Made by a program: the position numbers and the translations under genes. The notes beneath the pieces were generated by a model. It worked only from the letters and a program-made list of their open reading frames with translations, did not search any database and was not told where the DNA came from. From sequence record PP438435.1: DNA of 64,000 nucleotides. The stretch is one strand, 5' to 3'. The number at the start of each line of letters is the position of its first letter. Within the stretch, counting starts at the first letter, position 1. Shown piece after piece: positions 1-10,560 of the stretch.

Positions 1-435
1 ATGATACGGATTTCGAGAGAAACGTCAAGCGGTGGGGGCGAATTTTTTGCTTCCGATGACACCGCTGTGGGGATGGACATCGGTGAGGTCTTCGGATCCG
101 AACCCTTCATCGCGGCAACGGATCGAGGGGCGATGCGTCCCCTGATGCGCTTCTGGTCCATGTCGATCACGTTGGGCCGGTTCGCCTACGAGCCCTGGGA
201 GATCGAGACTCTGGCGGACTGGCAAGGAACGCCGGGTGCGTTCGTTGAGTTGCTATCGCAACTCAAGTACGTCGTTCCGTTCGGTGATCGGCTGCGGATC
301 GCTGGAAAGATCACGGAGCAGACGCGAATCGGTTGCGGGCTGGCTTCGGTCATGGACGCAGATATGCGCCGCCAAGTGGTCATCGCCTCCGCCCAGCGCG
401 CATCGAGCACCGCAGCGGCCGGGGGTGCAGCGTGA
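1..435 (+). CDS. Winged-helix protein resembling the N-terminal domain of phage replication initiators (may be 5'-truncated)
   Basis: LMRFWSMS...WEIETLADWQGTPGAFVELLSQLKYV resembles the N-terminus of the next ORF; its stop overlaps the next GTG (GTGA at 432-435). Confidence 0.55.
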   Translation: MIRISRETSSGGGEFFASDDTAVGMDIGEVFGSEPFIAATDRGAMRPLMRFWSMSITLGRFAYEPWEIETLADWQGTPGAFVELLSQLKYVVPFGDRLRIAGKITEQTRIGCGLASVMDADMRRQVVIASAQRASSTAAAGGAA

Positions 436-1676
436 CTACCAGTGTCGAGCCCCTCATCCCGAACACACCACCGGCTCTGGCTGCGCCACGCAGCGGCCGT
501 TACAGCAACCCCGGGCGCGCTGAAGCCGCACGGGTGTACGACATCCGAATCGCCACAGATCTGCCAGAGCATAGGAAAGTCACCAAACTGCGCGCTCTCT
601 TGGAGAACGCTCACCCGCAGATCAATCTCGGCGACAAGGGATTCAGGTGCCTGATCCAGCTTTGGACGCGGGCGGGTAAGCACCATCGCAGCGGGGTGGT
701 GCGCCTCAGCGTTGAGGATCTGGAGTTCGAGGCTGGATGGCGCGAGGGGATGTGTCCGCCGACGCACTACGGTCTGCTTGTTCGCACGCTGATCCAAGCT
801 GGGTTCTTGGTCGAACTGGAGGCCGACAGCGCGTACGAACTGCACGATTGGGCAGAGCATCAGCCGTGGGTGACTGAGGGTCTGCGCGCGTCGGTTGCCG
901 GGCGCTTCCACAAGCTCGTCGCATTGGCGAAATCACGCCAAGGCCTCACTCACGAAGATGCTCTGCGTTACGCGCATCAGCGTGTGCCTGAGTATGCGCA
1001 GCTTACGAAAACGACACTGGAAGATCAGCTCGATAGCATCGCGGACGACCCGGAGCAGCTGGAGATGCAAGAAGTCGGCGTGTCGCGCGCCGCGATCATG
1101 GGCGAGAAGGCAAAGCCGCGTAGTCGCAACCCATCGGGCGCGAAAGTGCGAACGTCTGTCGAGTCGATGCTGACCAAAGTCACGCCTCCGCAGAACGTGG
1201 ATGCGACGATGTTCAAGCGCTTCCTGGAGCACCGCGCTGCGCTGCGAACCCTGAAACTGCATGAGTGCGAGTCTCTCGCGAGCCACCTCGACACCGCAGC
1301 CGAGGAAGGCGTCGATCTCGGCAAGCTGCTGTTGCTCATGTCCGCGTCCGGCTATACCGATGTTCCGCTGACGGTCCGTTTCAATCGCGAGCGCTTGAGC
1401 GTGCCGCGTACCGAACTCGACCCCGCCCCGAACACTGGTGTGTCGCACGCGTCAAAGGGGCGCCACGCACAGACGCTTGCGAACTGCGCCGAGGACGAAC
1501 GCAGTCGCAATCTCTTCCTGGAAGTGACAGGACTGGATCTCCGAAACGCCGACGCTGAGTCCGTGGCACGATTCTTCTCCGGCGACTGGAAGCCGCAAAG
1601 CGGGCCGCAGCCGACAGAGAGCAATCGATCTGCCGACACCCCGCCGTCCGAAGACAGCCCCCCTGGAGCCTCCTAA
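432..1676 (+). CDS. Phage-type replication initiator (lambdoid O-like / replisome organizer)
   Basis: N-terminal wHTH-type segment ending YELHDWAEHQPW; C-terminal PQNVDATMFKRFLEHRAALR...EEGVDLGKLLLLMSASGY resembles phage initiator C-termini; GTG start coupled to upstream stop. Confidence 0.6.
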   Translation: MTTSVEPLIPNTPPALAAPRSGRYSNPGRAEAARVYDIRIATDLPEHRKVTKLRALLENAHPQINLGDKGFRCLIQLWTRAGKHHRSGVVRLSVEDLEFEAGWREGMCPPTHYGLLVRTLIQAGFLVELEADSAYELHDWAEHQPWVTEGLRASVAGRFHKLVALAKSRQGLTHEDALRYAHQRVPEYAQLTKTTLEDQLDSIADDPEQLEMQEVGVSRAAIMGEKAKPRSRNPSGAKVRTSVESMLTKVTPPQNVDATMFKRFLEHRAALRTLKLHECESLASHLDTAAEEGVDLGKLLLLMSASGYTDVPLTVRFNRERLSVPRTELDPAPNTGVSHASKGRHAQTLANCAEDERSRNLFLEVTGLDLRNADAESVARFFSGDWKPQSGPQPTESNRSADTPPSEDSPPGAS

Positions 1677-1678
1677 TC

Positions 1679-2386
1679 ATGTCGGATCGGATGAAGGTAA
1701 TCGAGCTGCTCTGGGATGTCCTAGCGGAGCGCTTCGAGCGGTGGAGCGTGACGTTCGGGAAGGTGGCGCCCGGTGCGGGGGGCGCGCCGTCCGTAGCTGC
1801 ATGGGGGTTCGTTACCCAACTCCAGGAGTTGGACGATAACGAGCTGCGCAAGGCGGCTTCAATGCTGCCTCTGAATGCGTTTGGTGCACAACGGAACGCA
1901 TGGTTTGTACCAACACCGAACGACATCATCGACATGGTGAGGGAAGTGCCGGCGCAGGGGCTGGCAGTGCAGCAGTATCTTCGGGGCAGCAGTTACTTCC
2001 TCGACAGCGACTTCGGCCGGCGCATGCGGGTTGCGTTGCTCACCGTGCCTGAGGGACGGCCCGTGCCTCGATCCGCCCACCTGGCAACGCTGCAAATCAA
2101 AGACGATTTCTCGCTGCAGCGAGCGTATCAGCTGGCGCTGCTCTGGACGCGCCACCGTGCGCGCATGGACCGAGCGGCCTGCGACCAGCTCGCCGCGCTG
2201 CCACCTGCGAGCGAGCTGCTTGCTGAGTTGGCCTCGCCTGTGGCACCGGCTGCCGAACCCTTTGTCGCAGCTGAGCGGCATCCCGTCACCGAGGAAGGCC
2301 TTCGTCACCTTGCAGCGGCGGCCGAGCGGCTCGGTGTACGCATCTCAGACCCCGAGCCGGGTGGGGCCAAGGCACCCGGTCTTTAG
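1679..2386 (+). CDS. Putative helicase loader (lambda P-like)
   Basis: Directly follows the O-like gene; AAWGFVTQLQELDDNELRKA...WFVPTPNDIIDMVRE parallels the W...F(L/V)P(S/T)P..(F/I)...R pattern of P-like loaders. Confidence 0.45.
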   Translation: MSDRMKVIELLWDVLAERFERWSVTFGKVAPGAGGAPSVAAWGFVTQLQELDDNELRKAASMLPLNAFGAQRNAWFVPTPNDIIDMVREVPAQGLAVQQYLRGSSYFLDSDFGRRMRVALLTVPEGRPVPRSAHLATLQIKDDFSLQRAYQLALLWTRHRARMDRAACDQLAALPPASELLAELASPVAPAAEPFVAAERHPVTEEGLRHLAAAAERLGVRISDPEPGGAKAPGL

Positions 2387-2410
2387 CAGCAAGCCATCTG
2401 GAGGACACGG

Positions 2411-4630
2411 ATGTCCAGCAACGCATCTCAGCCCGTCAAGTTCGAGGGCGTGATCCAAGAAGTCCGCTACCGAGATGGAGTGGATGGCTTCTCAATTCTG
2501 ACGGTGCACACGCAACTGGGCAGCGTCTCCGTCAAGGGGCACACGACGGCAGGCCTGCGCGAACGTATCTCCGTGGAAGGCAGATGGGTACGGCACGCAA
2601 AGCACGGGCCACAGGTTGAGGCAATTGCGATCGTCCCGCTCCTGCCTGAGGGCCTCGCCAACATGGAAAGATTCCTCGGCTCCGGCCTCATCAAGGGTCT
2701 AGGGCCGAAGCAGGCTGCGCGAATCATCGCCGCGTTCGGCGAGCAAGCCTTCGAGGTCCTTGATAATTCTCCGGAGCGTCTTGCCGAGATCCCAGGCCTC
2801 GGCGCGAAGACGATCGCGAAGGTGCAAGAAAGCTGGGCCGAGAAGCGAGCAGCCGCACGCATCCTTGCGGCGCTCGCAGGTCACGACATCGGGCCAGGCA
2901 CCGCAGTGCGCATCTACAAGCACTTCGGGGCAGAAGCGTTGAAGATCATTCGCTCTGATCCCTACCGGCTGTCGCGCGAGATCCGCGGCATCGGATTCAA
3001 AGTCGCGGATGCGATAGGGCGCACGTCAGGAATCGCGTTCGACGCGGCGGCAAGGATCGAGGCCGGGATCGCGCATGTGCTCTCCGAGGCCACCGGGCGC
3101 GGCAGCACAGGCATGGCCCGATCCCGGCTGATCGCCAGGTCCCGGGAGCTCCTTGAAGTAAGCGAGCATGTGGTATGCGCGAACGTTGACAGGATGTGCG
3201 CGGCGAAGTCGCTCTTGATACCAGCACTGCAAGCGCCGCATGGCCCGGTCATCTTCGAGCGTCAGCTGCATGACGCAGAGCAGCGGATCGCTCAGCGCAT
3301 TCGCGACCTGCTATCGGTCCCTCTGGCCAGCCGGACGCCGGCGGCCCGTGCATCACTGGCGCGAAAAGCTGAAGGTGTGTGTGGCGTAACCCTGGCCCCG
3401 GAGCAGCGCGCCGCTGTCGAAATGGCGCTGGCTCAGCGGGTGAGCGTGTTGACCGGCGGTCCTGGCACAGGCAAGACGTCGACTCTGAAAGCGATCCTTG
3501 AGGCCGTGCGCCAAGACGGACGCTCGGTGGTGCTCGGCGCACCGACGGGCAAAGCGGCGAAACGCATGCAGCAATCGACGCAGGCCCCGGCCGCGACCTT
3601 GGCGCGCCTGGTAGGGCAGGGCGGCGCCGATGACGCGGATCGCACGATCGAGGCCGATGTGCTCATCGTGGACGAAGCGTCGATGATCGATGTTTCGCTC
3701 CTGGATCGGACGCTCGCCTGTTTGCGTCCGAATGCGAGCATTGTGTTTGTTGGCGATGTCGATCAGTTGCCCAGCGTGGGGCCCGGCCGAGTGCTTGCTG
3801 ACCTCATTGAGTGCGGCACGGTCCCCGTGACTCGCTTGACGCAGATCTTCAGGCAGGCCGCCGAGAGTTCCATCATTCGCAACGCTCACCGCATCAACAA
3901 CGGCGAAGCCCTCGATCTGGGACCATGCGGACGCAAGGACTTCATCTTCGTCGCCAGCACCGACGCGGTCGACACCGTAGATCGCATTGCTGCAATCGTG
4001 CGGGAGCGCATTCCGGCCATGCTCGGCCTGTCGGTGCAGGACATTCAAGTCTTGTCACCGATGCGGAAGGGCGAAGCTGGGGTCAGCAACCTCAATGCTG
4101 TGCTTCAGCACACCCTCAACCCTTCGCCGCCCGATGCAATCGTCCGGGGCGCGTCGAGGTTCGCCGTCGGTGACCGGGTGATTCAGACGGTGAACAACTA
4201 CCAGTCCGGGATCATGAACGGTGAGAGTGGCGTCATCAGAGCCATCGATCGCGAAGCCGGAACGCTCAAGCTCGACGTCGACGGCAAGCAGGTCGATTAC
4301 GTGCTCGACGATCTGGACCAGCTGGATCTTGCCTACGCGATCAGCATCCACAAGTCGCAGGGATCCCAGTTTCCGGCGGTCGTCGTGCCTATCTGTAGCC
4401 AACATACAGCGCTGCTGCAGCGCTCGATTCTGTATACGGCAGTCACCAGGGCATCGCAGTTTTGCGTGGTCGTGGGTGATCCGAAAGCTGTTTCGATGGC
4501 GATTGCCAACGTGCGAACCGATCCGAGGATCACTGCGTTGCGCGACGCCTTGATGAACGACGATGCACGTCTCGACCAGGTGCTCAGCGCTGCGCGGTCG
4601 CCTGGGCCGTTTCGCTCTTTGGCCATGTGA
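2411..4630 (+). CDS. recD2: ATP-dependent RecD2-like SF1B DNA helicase
   Basis: GGPGTGKT, DEASM, VGDVDQLPSVGPG, RQAAES, YAISIHKSQGSQF, LYTAVTRA; N-terminal OB/HhH region (GSGLIKGLGPK); RBS GGAGG. Confidence 0.95.
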   Translation: MSSNASQPVKFEGVIQEVRYRDGVDGFSILTVHTQLGSVSVKGHTTAGLRERISVEGRWVRHAKHGPQVEAIAIVPLLPEGLANMERFLGSGLIKGLGPKQAARIIAAFGEQAFEVLDNSPERLAEIPGLGAKTIAKVQESWAEKRAAARILAALAGHDIGPGTAVRIYKHFGAEALKIIRSDPYRLSREIRGIGFKVADAIGRTSGIAFDAAARIEAGIAHVLSEATGRGSTGMARSRLIARSRELLEVSEHVVCANVDRMCAAKSLLIPALQAPHGPVIFERQLHDAEQRIAQRIRDLLSVPLASRTPAARASLARKAEGVCGVTLAPEQRAAVEMALAQRVSVLTGGPGTGKTSTLKAILEAVRQDGRSVVLGAPTGKAAKRMQQSTQAPAATLARLVGQGGADDADRTIEADVLIVDEASMIDVSLLDRTLACLRPNASIVFVGDVDQLPSVGPGRVLADLIECGTVPVTRLTQIFRQAAESSIIRNAHRINNGEALDLGPCGRKDFIFVASTDAVDTVDRIAAIVRERIPAMLGLSVQDIQVLSPMRKGEAGVSNLNAVLQHTLNPSPPDAIVRGASRFAVGDRVIQTVNNYQSGIMNGESGVIRAIDREAGTLKLDVDGKQVDYVLDDLDQLDLAYAISIHKSQGSQFPAVVVPICSQHTALLQRSILYTAVTRASQFCVVVGDPKAVSMAIANVRTDPRITALRDALMNDDARLDQVLSAARSPGPFRSLAM

Positions 4631-4653
4631 AAGGTTTATCAGAAGGAGTCTCC

Positions 4654-7600
4654 ATGCACCGTAGCGCGCTTCTCTCATTCTTCTGGTTGCTTACCGCAGT
4701 CGTCGCGCTGGCAGCTTCCCCAACCTTCGCCGGCGCTCCGGATACGGAGTCGCGGCTCGCGGATGTGTACCTGTTCTACCGGGACGCGGATGGTTCCGAG
4801 CAGCAGGTCCAGTTCGCGCCAGCGTTTGACCGGGATACGCTGGCGTACACGGGTGTCGCGCCAGCGAGCGCGGTGGCAGCGATCGGCGCCGCCGTGCTTG
4901 GTTCGCCAGCTCAAACCGTGCGTGTCAATGGTGACGCCGCGCCTGGCGATACCATCTTCGCTTACATCGACAGCACGATTGCCGGTGTTCCTGCAACCGT
5001 CGTGATCGAGGTGACGGCGGGTGACGGCGTGACGCGTACCGAGTACACGTTCGATCTCGTGCGTCCACCGAGCCCTGAGTCCGACCTGGCGGCTCTGACG
5101 CTCGCATCGGGCGATTTGTCGCCAGCCTTTGATCCCGAGATTCGGCACTACTTCAGCACCGTGCCGAAGGCAGTCGCCGCCATCGAAGTGATCGCCACGC
5201 ACAGCGATGAAGAAGGTTCGATCACCATCCAAGGCATGCCGGTGATCTCAGGCCTCCCGTCTGAACCGGTGGCGTTGCCGGCGGTGTCGCCAGCAGTGAA
5301 TACGATCGAAGTGGTATCCACTGCGGCCGATGGGCTGTCCAGCTCGACCTATCGCATTGAAGTCACGCGTCAGCGCGGGAACTCAGCACGGCTCGCTGCC
5401 CTCGTCACTACGCCCGATGTCAACCTCCCCTTCAATCCGAATGGCGGCGTCGCATCGACCATCGTCGCGAATGACATCGAATCCGTTGATGTCACCGCTC
5501 TCGCAGAAGACCCGGACGCTTCCATCACGTGGTCCGGTAACGGCGTCGTACTCCAGCCGGCGCCGCACGGCGCCCCGGTGCCGATCCAGTTGAATGTTGG
5601 ACAGAACGATTTCACCTGGCGAGTGGTGAGCGAGGATCAGAGCACGAGCCGCATCTACTTCGTCAAAATCTATCGTCGCCAGGATCCGGCGGTGCAGCTC
5701 GTTACCGTACAGAGCGATGCCAATTGCTGCAGTGGGTATCCAACGACACCTGAGCAGTCGCGCTTCCAGTTCTTCGCAGAGGGAACGCAACGTAGCGTTA
5801 CGTTCTCTGCGGCGACGCTCGATCCGGCGGCGACGATGACATTTGGCGGCAAGCCTCTCGCCCAGTCGTGGCCCGTGACCATCGACCTTTCGACCCCGAG
5901 GCCCCCCACGAGTCCTCTGGTGGTTCCGCTCGTCGTCACCAGTGCCGATGGTGAGTCGACCTACGAGTACAGGGTCGACTTCATCCGCGACCCATCGACC
6001 ATGAACTACCTGTCGGGACTGCAGGCTACGGTCAATGGCGAGCCCGTCGCCGTGACCCCGGACTTTCATCCTCAGCGCTATACGTACAGGATGCAGCGTG
6101 CCGTTGGCGACGCCATAGCCTTCACGCTTGATCTCGTAGATCCTGTCGGTACGATCGAAGCCTTCGGCGAGCTGAGCGGCGCGGTGCCGGTCGGCGTGGC
6201 GACACCCCCGCACACTGTGCGGCAAGGTCTGCAGACGTTCCGGTTTGTGATCACGGCGGAATCGGGAGCCACCATTGAGTACACCGTGGAGGTGGTGGGC
6301 GGGGTATCGAGTGAGAATCGCCTGGCAAGTCTGAGCTTCAGTGTCGGAACACTCGCTCCGGCGTTCTCCTCCGAGGTTGGCAACTACGTGCTGAGCGTTC
6401 CCGCGGGCACGGATCGGTTCTGGGCGCAGGGCACACCCGTGGATCCGACGGCAACCATTGCCCTGGACGGTGTGCCCGCCGGCGCCGGCGGCTTCATGGA
6501 CGTTGCGAGCTTCATCGATGGGCAGGCGCTCGACATCGTGGTGACTGCCGCATCGGGCGCTACGCGTGCGTACGCCGTCGTCGTAGACCGGCCGAATGCG
6601 CCTCCGCGCATCACGGCGCGCGCTATCAGCGGAATGCTGGAGGACTCACACGAGGTAGTGAACATCGCCGTGGGCGATCTCGAGTCGCCGGCAGATGCGC
6701 TCACGCTCCAAGCGGTGAGCTTGGACCAGGGGCTTATTCGGGATGAGGACCTTGCCGCGTTCCTCAGTGGGACGGGCCCCTCGCGGTCGCTCCGGATCCA
6801 GCCTCTGGCGGATCAGTTCGGGAGCACCGAGGTTGTCCTGACGCTGCACGATCCGGAGGGTCTCGCGACCGAGCACCGCATCACCGTGCATGTGACGTCG
6901 GTGAACGATGCGCCGAGCTTCGATCTGGAGAGCGCTGAAGTGCGCATCGTGCCCGGGCGTGAGTTGACGTTGCCCGGAGTCATCCGGAACGTAAGCCCAG
7001 GCCCAGACAATGAGCTTGGCCAGCAGGTGGCTCTGCGCGTAGTCACAACGGCGGTCTCCGGTTCCGTTCCACAAGGATGGTCCGTCAACGCGGTCAGCGC
7101 TGGTAGCGGTCGGTTCGATTTGGTGTTGCTGGCGCCGGCTGGCGAGGCCGTCAGTGAGCTCGATGTCGCAGTGACAGCGCAGGACGATGGCGGAACGGAA
7201 CTCGGGATCGACACCTCGCCACCCCAGGTTTTGCGCGTGCGCGGCGCGGCGTCGGAGGACGTGGACGTGCAGGTCTCGATCGATCGCACGCTGGCGGCAG
7301 CCACCGAGCGCGCCTACCAGGTCACCGTGGGCAACGCAGGCACCGTGTACTCGCAGGACGTCATGGTGGAGCTCTTGGGCCCACTGGAATTGGCGGAGGT
7401 CCAGTGGCGATGCCTCACAACAACGGTGAGCTCGACGTGCAGCATCGAGACCATCAATGAACGTCCGTTCGCTCGACTTGGGTTGCACCCCGGCGCGATC
7501 GCCATTCTTGAGGTGTCCGGCAGGGTGGGCGCGGGCGCGTTCGCACGCGTCGAGGCGATTGCTCGGACGAATGGCCTGGCGCCGCTCCTCAATCCTGAAG

Positions 7601-7668
7601 ACGACCGTGCGGTGTTCGAGGACGTCATCGAGCCCGACGGCGTCTTCAGGGCTGGATTCGAGCCCTAA
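4654..7668 (+). CDS. Secreted cadherin-like beta-sandwich repeat protein (adhesin-like) with C-terminal DGVFRAGFEP motif
   Basis: Signal peptide MHRSALLSFFWLLTAVVALAASPTFA; repeated L..L.......L.P.F.......Y units; NAPP/VNDAPSF Ig-type domains; RBS AAGGAG at 4643-4648 supports start at 4654. Confidence 0.8.
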   Translation: MHRSALLSFFWLLTAVVALAASPTFAGAPDTESRLADVYLFYRDADGSEQQVQFAPAFDRDTLAYTGVAPASAVAAIGAAVLGSPAQTVRVNGDAAPGDTIFAYIDSTIAGVPATVVIEVTAGDGVTRTEYTFDLVRPPSPESDLAALTLASGDLSPAFDPEIRHYFSTVPKAVAAIEVIATHSDEEGSITIQGMPVISGLPSEPVALPAVSPAVNTIEVVSTAADGLSSSTYRIEVTRQRGNSARLAALVTTPDVNLPFNPNGGVASTIVANDIESVDVTALAEDPDASITWSGNGVVLQPAPHGAPVPIQLNVGQNDFTWRVVSEDQSTSRIYFVKIYRRQDPAVQLVTVQSDANCCSGYPTTPEQSRFQFFAEGTQRSVTFSAATLDPAATMTFGGKPLAQSWPVTIDLSTPRPPTSPLVVPLVVTSADGESTYEYRVDFIRDPSTMNYLSGLQATVNGEPVAVTPDFHPQRYTYRMQRAVGDAIAFTLDLVDPVGTIEAFGELSGAVPVGVATPPHTVRQGLQTFRFVITAESGATIEYTVEVVGGVSSENRLASLSFSVGTLAPAFSSEVGNYVLSVPAGTDRFWAQGTPVDPTATIALDGVPAGAGGFMDVASFIDGQALDIVVTAASGATRAYAVVVDRPNAPPRITARAISGMLEDSHEVVNIAVGDLESPADALTLQAVSLDQGLIRDEDLAAFLSGTGPSRSLRIQPLADQFGSTEVVLTLHDPEGLATEHRITVHVTSVNDAPSFDLESAEVRIVPGRELTLPGVIRNVSPGPDNELGQQVALRVVTTAVSGSVPQGWSVNAVSAGSGRFDLVLLAPAGEAVSELDVAVTAQDDGGTELGIDTSPPQVLRVRGAASEDVDVQVSIDRTLAAATERAYQVTVGNAGTVYSQDVMVELLGPLELAEVQWRCLTTTVSSTCSIETINERPFARLGLHPGAIAILEVSGRVGAGAFARVEAIARTNGLAPLLNPEDDRAVFEDVIEPDGVFRAGFEP

Positions 7669-7724
7669 CGGAAATGAGTGCGCGCTCGCCCCGGGCGCGC
7701 ACTCCCCACATGGAGGTGGAGAAC

Positions 7725-8390
7725 ATGTCAGCGAAACACAGCGCTCCGGCGTTGACATCGAGCGAGATGTACGTGGCACATGGCCTCGTCGAAGCGTACC
7801 GGCGAGGCATTGTGGCCGGTGCGATTCCTACGGATTCAGTCGGCAACGAGATTGCCGAGATCGAACAGCTGTCGCTGTGGATACAGCCGCTCCTGGAGGC
7901 CGGCCATCGCATCACCACGGATGAGTGGTCCGGCGTGTTGGATTACGAGCTGTTTGATGCAGGCGATGCGGGCTCGGTCTCAGCGCGCATGTACGATCGG
8001 GCGGTCATGCTTTCGGTCTTGCGTTTCCCGCCGTCAGCCGAGGCGGCTGAGGCATTGGTGCGCGGCGTTCTGGGTGAGGCGGATCATCAGGGCATTGCTG
8101 CAGCAGGGGCGCGGATGTTTCTCACGAGCGCCAGCACTGAGCCGTGTTGGACTGATCGAGTGAATGGGCGCGTTGCGCGCGTGGGGATCTGGTCCGATGA
8201 AGGCGGCGCCGTTCGCGTGGCTGTGGAGTCTCTCCAGAGGGAGAGCGGTGAAGTCGGCGACGGTGGTGTGGAGATGGCTTCCGAGTCCCTCAACACCGTG
8301 GCTGAGGTAGAGGAGTTCGTTGCCTTTGGGAGCGCGGTTGGAGCGTCACCCGGTGCGGTGGGCGGGGCGAGCTCCCCATCATGCGGTTGA
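7725..8390 (+). CDS. Hypothetical protein
   Basis: Open frame with GGAGG RBS upstream of ATG 7725. Confidence 0.6.
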   Translation: MSAKHSAPALTSSEMYVAHGLVEAYRRGIVAGAIPTDSVGNEIAEIEQLSLWIQPLLEAGHRITTDEWSGVLDYELFDAGDAGSVSARMYDRAVMLSVLRFPPSAEAAEALVRGVLGEADHQGIAAAGARMFLTSASTEPCWTDRVNGRVARVGIWSDEGGAVRVAVESLQRESGEVGDGGVEMASESLNTVAEVEEFVAFGSAVGASPGAVGGASSPSCG

Positions 8391-8552
8391 TCACGCCGCG
8401 GCGGTGCGCGGACGTCTGGCACGCTGGCACGTTGCGGCCAGAGCACCGGGGCGCGCAGGGCGCCTCGCTCGAGGGGCCCTGTCTATCCGTGTCCGTTGAC
8501 CCGCTCGCGTGGCGCAGCATCGCGCGGTTGGGGGGGCGCATCGCTTTTCCGC

Positions 8553-9101
8553 ATGGATCTAGCGGAACCCGTGTTCGTCGATGTGCATGGGACGCTCCAC
8601 GATCGGGAGGCCGAGATCCTCGATTGGGCGGCCCACATGGGTTACGTGGAGCCCCGTGTCATCTACCGCGCCTGGTCGTTCGATGATGAGTTCGAGGAGT
8701 GGCGGTATTCGACGCACTCGTCGGCGTCCGAGGCCGAACAGGAGACCTGCGAGCTCGAGGGGCCTGACGGGCAGCCTGCAGTCGAGTCTGTAGCCACCGT
8801 GGCTGGGACCCGCCGCCTGGCTGAGTGGTGTGCGGTGCCCGCGTGCCAGTTGCTTGATGCTACGAGCTGGATGGTGTTGCCTTGGATCGATGTGCATGCG
8901 CCCGATGCGGTGGGGCCCTGGTGGGACGACGCGTACGCCCCACAGTGCTTGTCGGCTCCGCGTGGCGGTGTCCTACCATCGCGGCAGGCGTCGGTTCGGT
9001 GGGTCCCGGCAACGTGGTCAGAGGCTTTTGATGCTTCCGAGGCCGGCGTGGCGATGCGCGTCTTGGAAGCTGCTCGCGCGAACGCTGTCGCTTGCTGTTG
9101 A
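8553..9101 (+). CDS. Hypothetical plasmid/phage-type protein (G.WWDD...LSAPRG motif)
   Basis: Protein-like composition from MDLAEPVFVDVHG; start uncertain. Confidence 0.55.
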   Translation: MDLAEPVFVDVHGTLHDREAEILDWAAHMGYVEPRVIYRAWSFDDEFEEWRYSTHSSASEAEQETCELEGPDGQPAVESVATVAGTRRLAEWCAVPACQLLDATSWMVLPWIDVHAPDAVGPWWDDAYAPQCLSAPRGGVLPSRQASVRWVPATWSEAFDASEAGVAMRVLEAARANAVACC

Positions 9102-9136
9102 CGCCAGCAGCCGGAAGGGTGGGCGCTGCGCGCCGT

Positions 9137-10546
9137 CTAGGGATATGCGCTGTGCGCGAGGTTGTCGAATCGAGTGGCCTGGCCGCTGAAGGCGAGCTTC
9201 ACGGTCCCAGTGGGGCCATGGCGGAACTTGCCCACGATGATTTCGGCCAGACCCTTGTCCTCGGAGTCCGCGTGGTAGTAGTCATCCCGGTAGATGAAGA
9301 GGATCAGGTCGGCATCCTGTTCAATCGCACCCGACTCACGCAGGTCCGCCATCACCGGACGCTTGTCGGCGCGGGTTTCCAGTGAGCGATTGAGCTGGGA
9401 GAGCGCCACGATCGGGATATTCATCTCCTTGGCCAGCGCCTTCAAGGACCGCGAGATCTCTGAGATCTCGGTCGCTCGATTCTCCTTGTTCCCGGGCACC
9501 TGCATGAGCTGCAGGTAGTCGATCACGATCAGACCGATCCCGCCCTTCTCGCGAGCGATCCGGCGTGCTTTCGCACGGAGATCCAAGGGCGAGAGGGCGG
9601 GCGTGTCGTCGATCACCAAGGGGCTCGCAGTCATGTGCTCCAAGGCCTGCGTGAGCCGCGGCCAGTCTTCTTCCGAGAGGTTCCCCGTCTGGACACTCTG
9701 TGACGAAATCCGGCTGTGCATGGAGACCATGCGGTAGCCCAGCTGCGTGCTGCTCATTTCCATCGAGAAGACAAGAGCGACCTTGCCGGTGGTGCTGGAG
9801 GCATAGTCGGCAATCTGCAGAGCGAAGCTCGTCTTGCCCATTGCAGGCCTGGCCGCAACGATGATCAGATCGGTCTCGCGCATGCCCTTGAGCATGCGAT
9901 CGAGGTCGACAAAGCCCATCGGCAGGCCGAGCATGTCGCGCTTGTTCTGAAAGTTCTCGCTGACCGCTCGAAAGATCTCGCGGGCCAAGGGCCGCATCGA
10001 GGTATGCGAAGCCCGAGCGCGATCGCTGTGCTGCGCGACCTGGTAGATGCGCTGCTCGGCTTGCTCGGTGATTTCCTTGGCGCTGAGCTCGACCGGGTTG
10101 TAAGCGAGCTGCGTGATCTGGAAGGATTCGTCGATCAGTCGCCGGAGAAGGGCCTTGTCGCGCACGATCGCCGCGTAGGCTTCGAGGTTGGCGGCACTGG
10201 GCGTCGTCGAAGACAGCTCGACGATGTAGGCGCCCCCACCAATCAGCTCCGCCTCACCTCGCGCTTCAAACCATTCTCCCACGGTCACAGCGTCGAAGCT
10301 GGCGCCGCTTTTCGCCAGGGCGATGATGGAGGCATAGATCAGCTGGTGAGAGCGGAGGTAGAAGTCGGTCGCATGTAGCGAGTCGGCCACGCGATCGAAT
10401 GCTTCTGCGCTGAGCATCAAGCCGCCGAGTACGGCCTGTTCAGCTTGGATGTTGTGTGGCGGGATCCGCAGGCCGTCTTCCGAGAACGACGGTTCGATGC
10501 CGCGGAATGTCGGAGCAGGGCTCTGCGAGCGAGGGGGTCGTGCCAT
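9137..10546 (-). CDS. dnaB: Replicative DNA helicase DnaB (element-encoded)
   Basis: PPHNIQAEQAVLGGL, AARPAMGKT, FSMEMS, IDYLQLM, SQLNRSLETRADKRP..ADLRESGAIEQDAD. Confidence 0.97.
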   Translation of the reverse strand: MARPPRSQSPAPTFRGIEPSFSEDGLRIPPHNIQAEQAVLGGLMLSAEAFDRVADSLHATDFYLRSHQLIYASIIALAKSGASFDAVTVGEWFEARGEAELIGGGAYIVELSSTTPSAANLEAYAAIVRDKALLRRLIDESFQITQLAYNPVELSAKEITEQAEQRIYQVAQHSDRARASHTSMRPLAREIFRAVSENFQNKRDMLGLPMGFVDLDRMLKGMRETDLIIVAARPAMGKTSFALQIADYASSTTGKVALVFSMEMSSTQLGYRMVSMHSRISSQSVQTGNLSEEDWPRLTQALEHMTASPLVIDDTPALSPLDLRAKARRIAREKGGIGLIVIDYLQLMQVPGNKENRATEISEISRSLKALAKEMNIPIVALSQLNRSLETRADKRPVMADLRESGAIEQDADLILFIYRDDYYHADSEDKGLAEIIVGKFRHGPTGTVKLAFSGQATRFDNLAHSAYP

Positions 10547-10560
10547 TGTTCTGCCTTACG

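Noticed and set aside
432-1676. Iterons inside the O-like gene, as in the lambda origin
   Set aside because: No tandem direct repeats or AT-rich tract visible in the gene.
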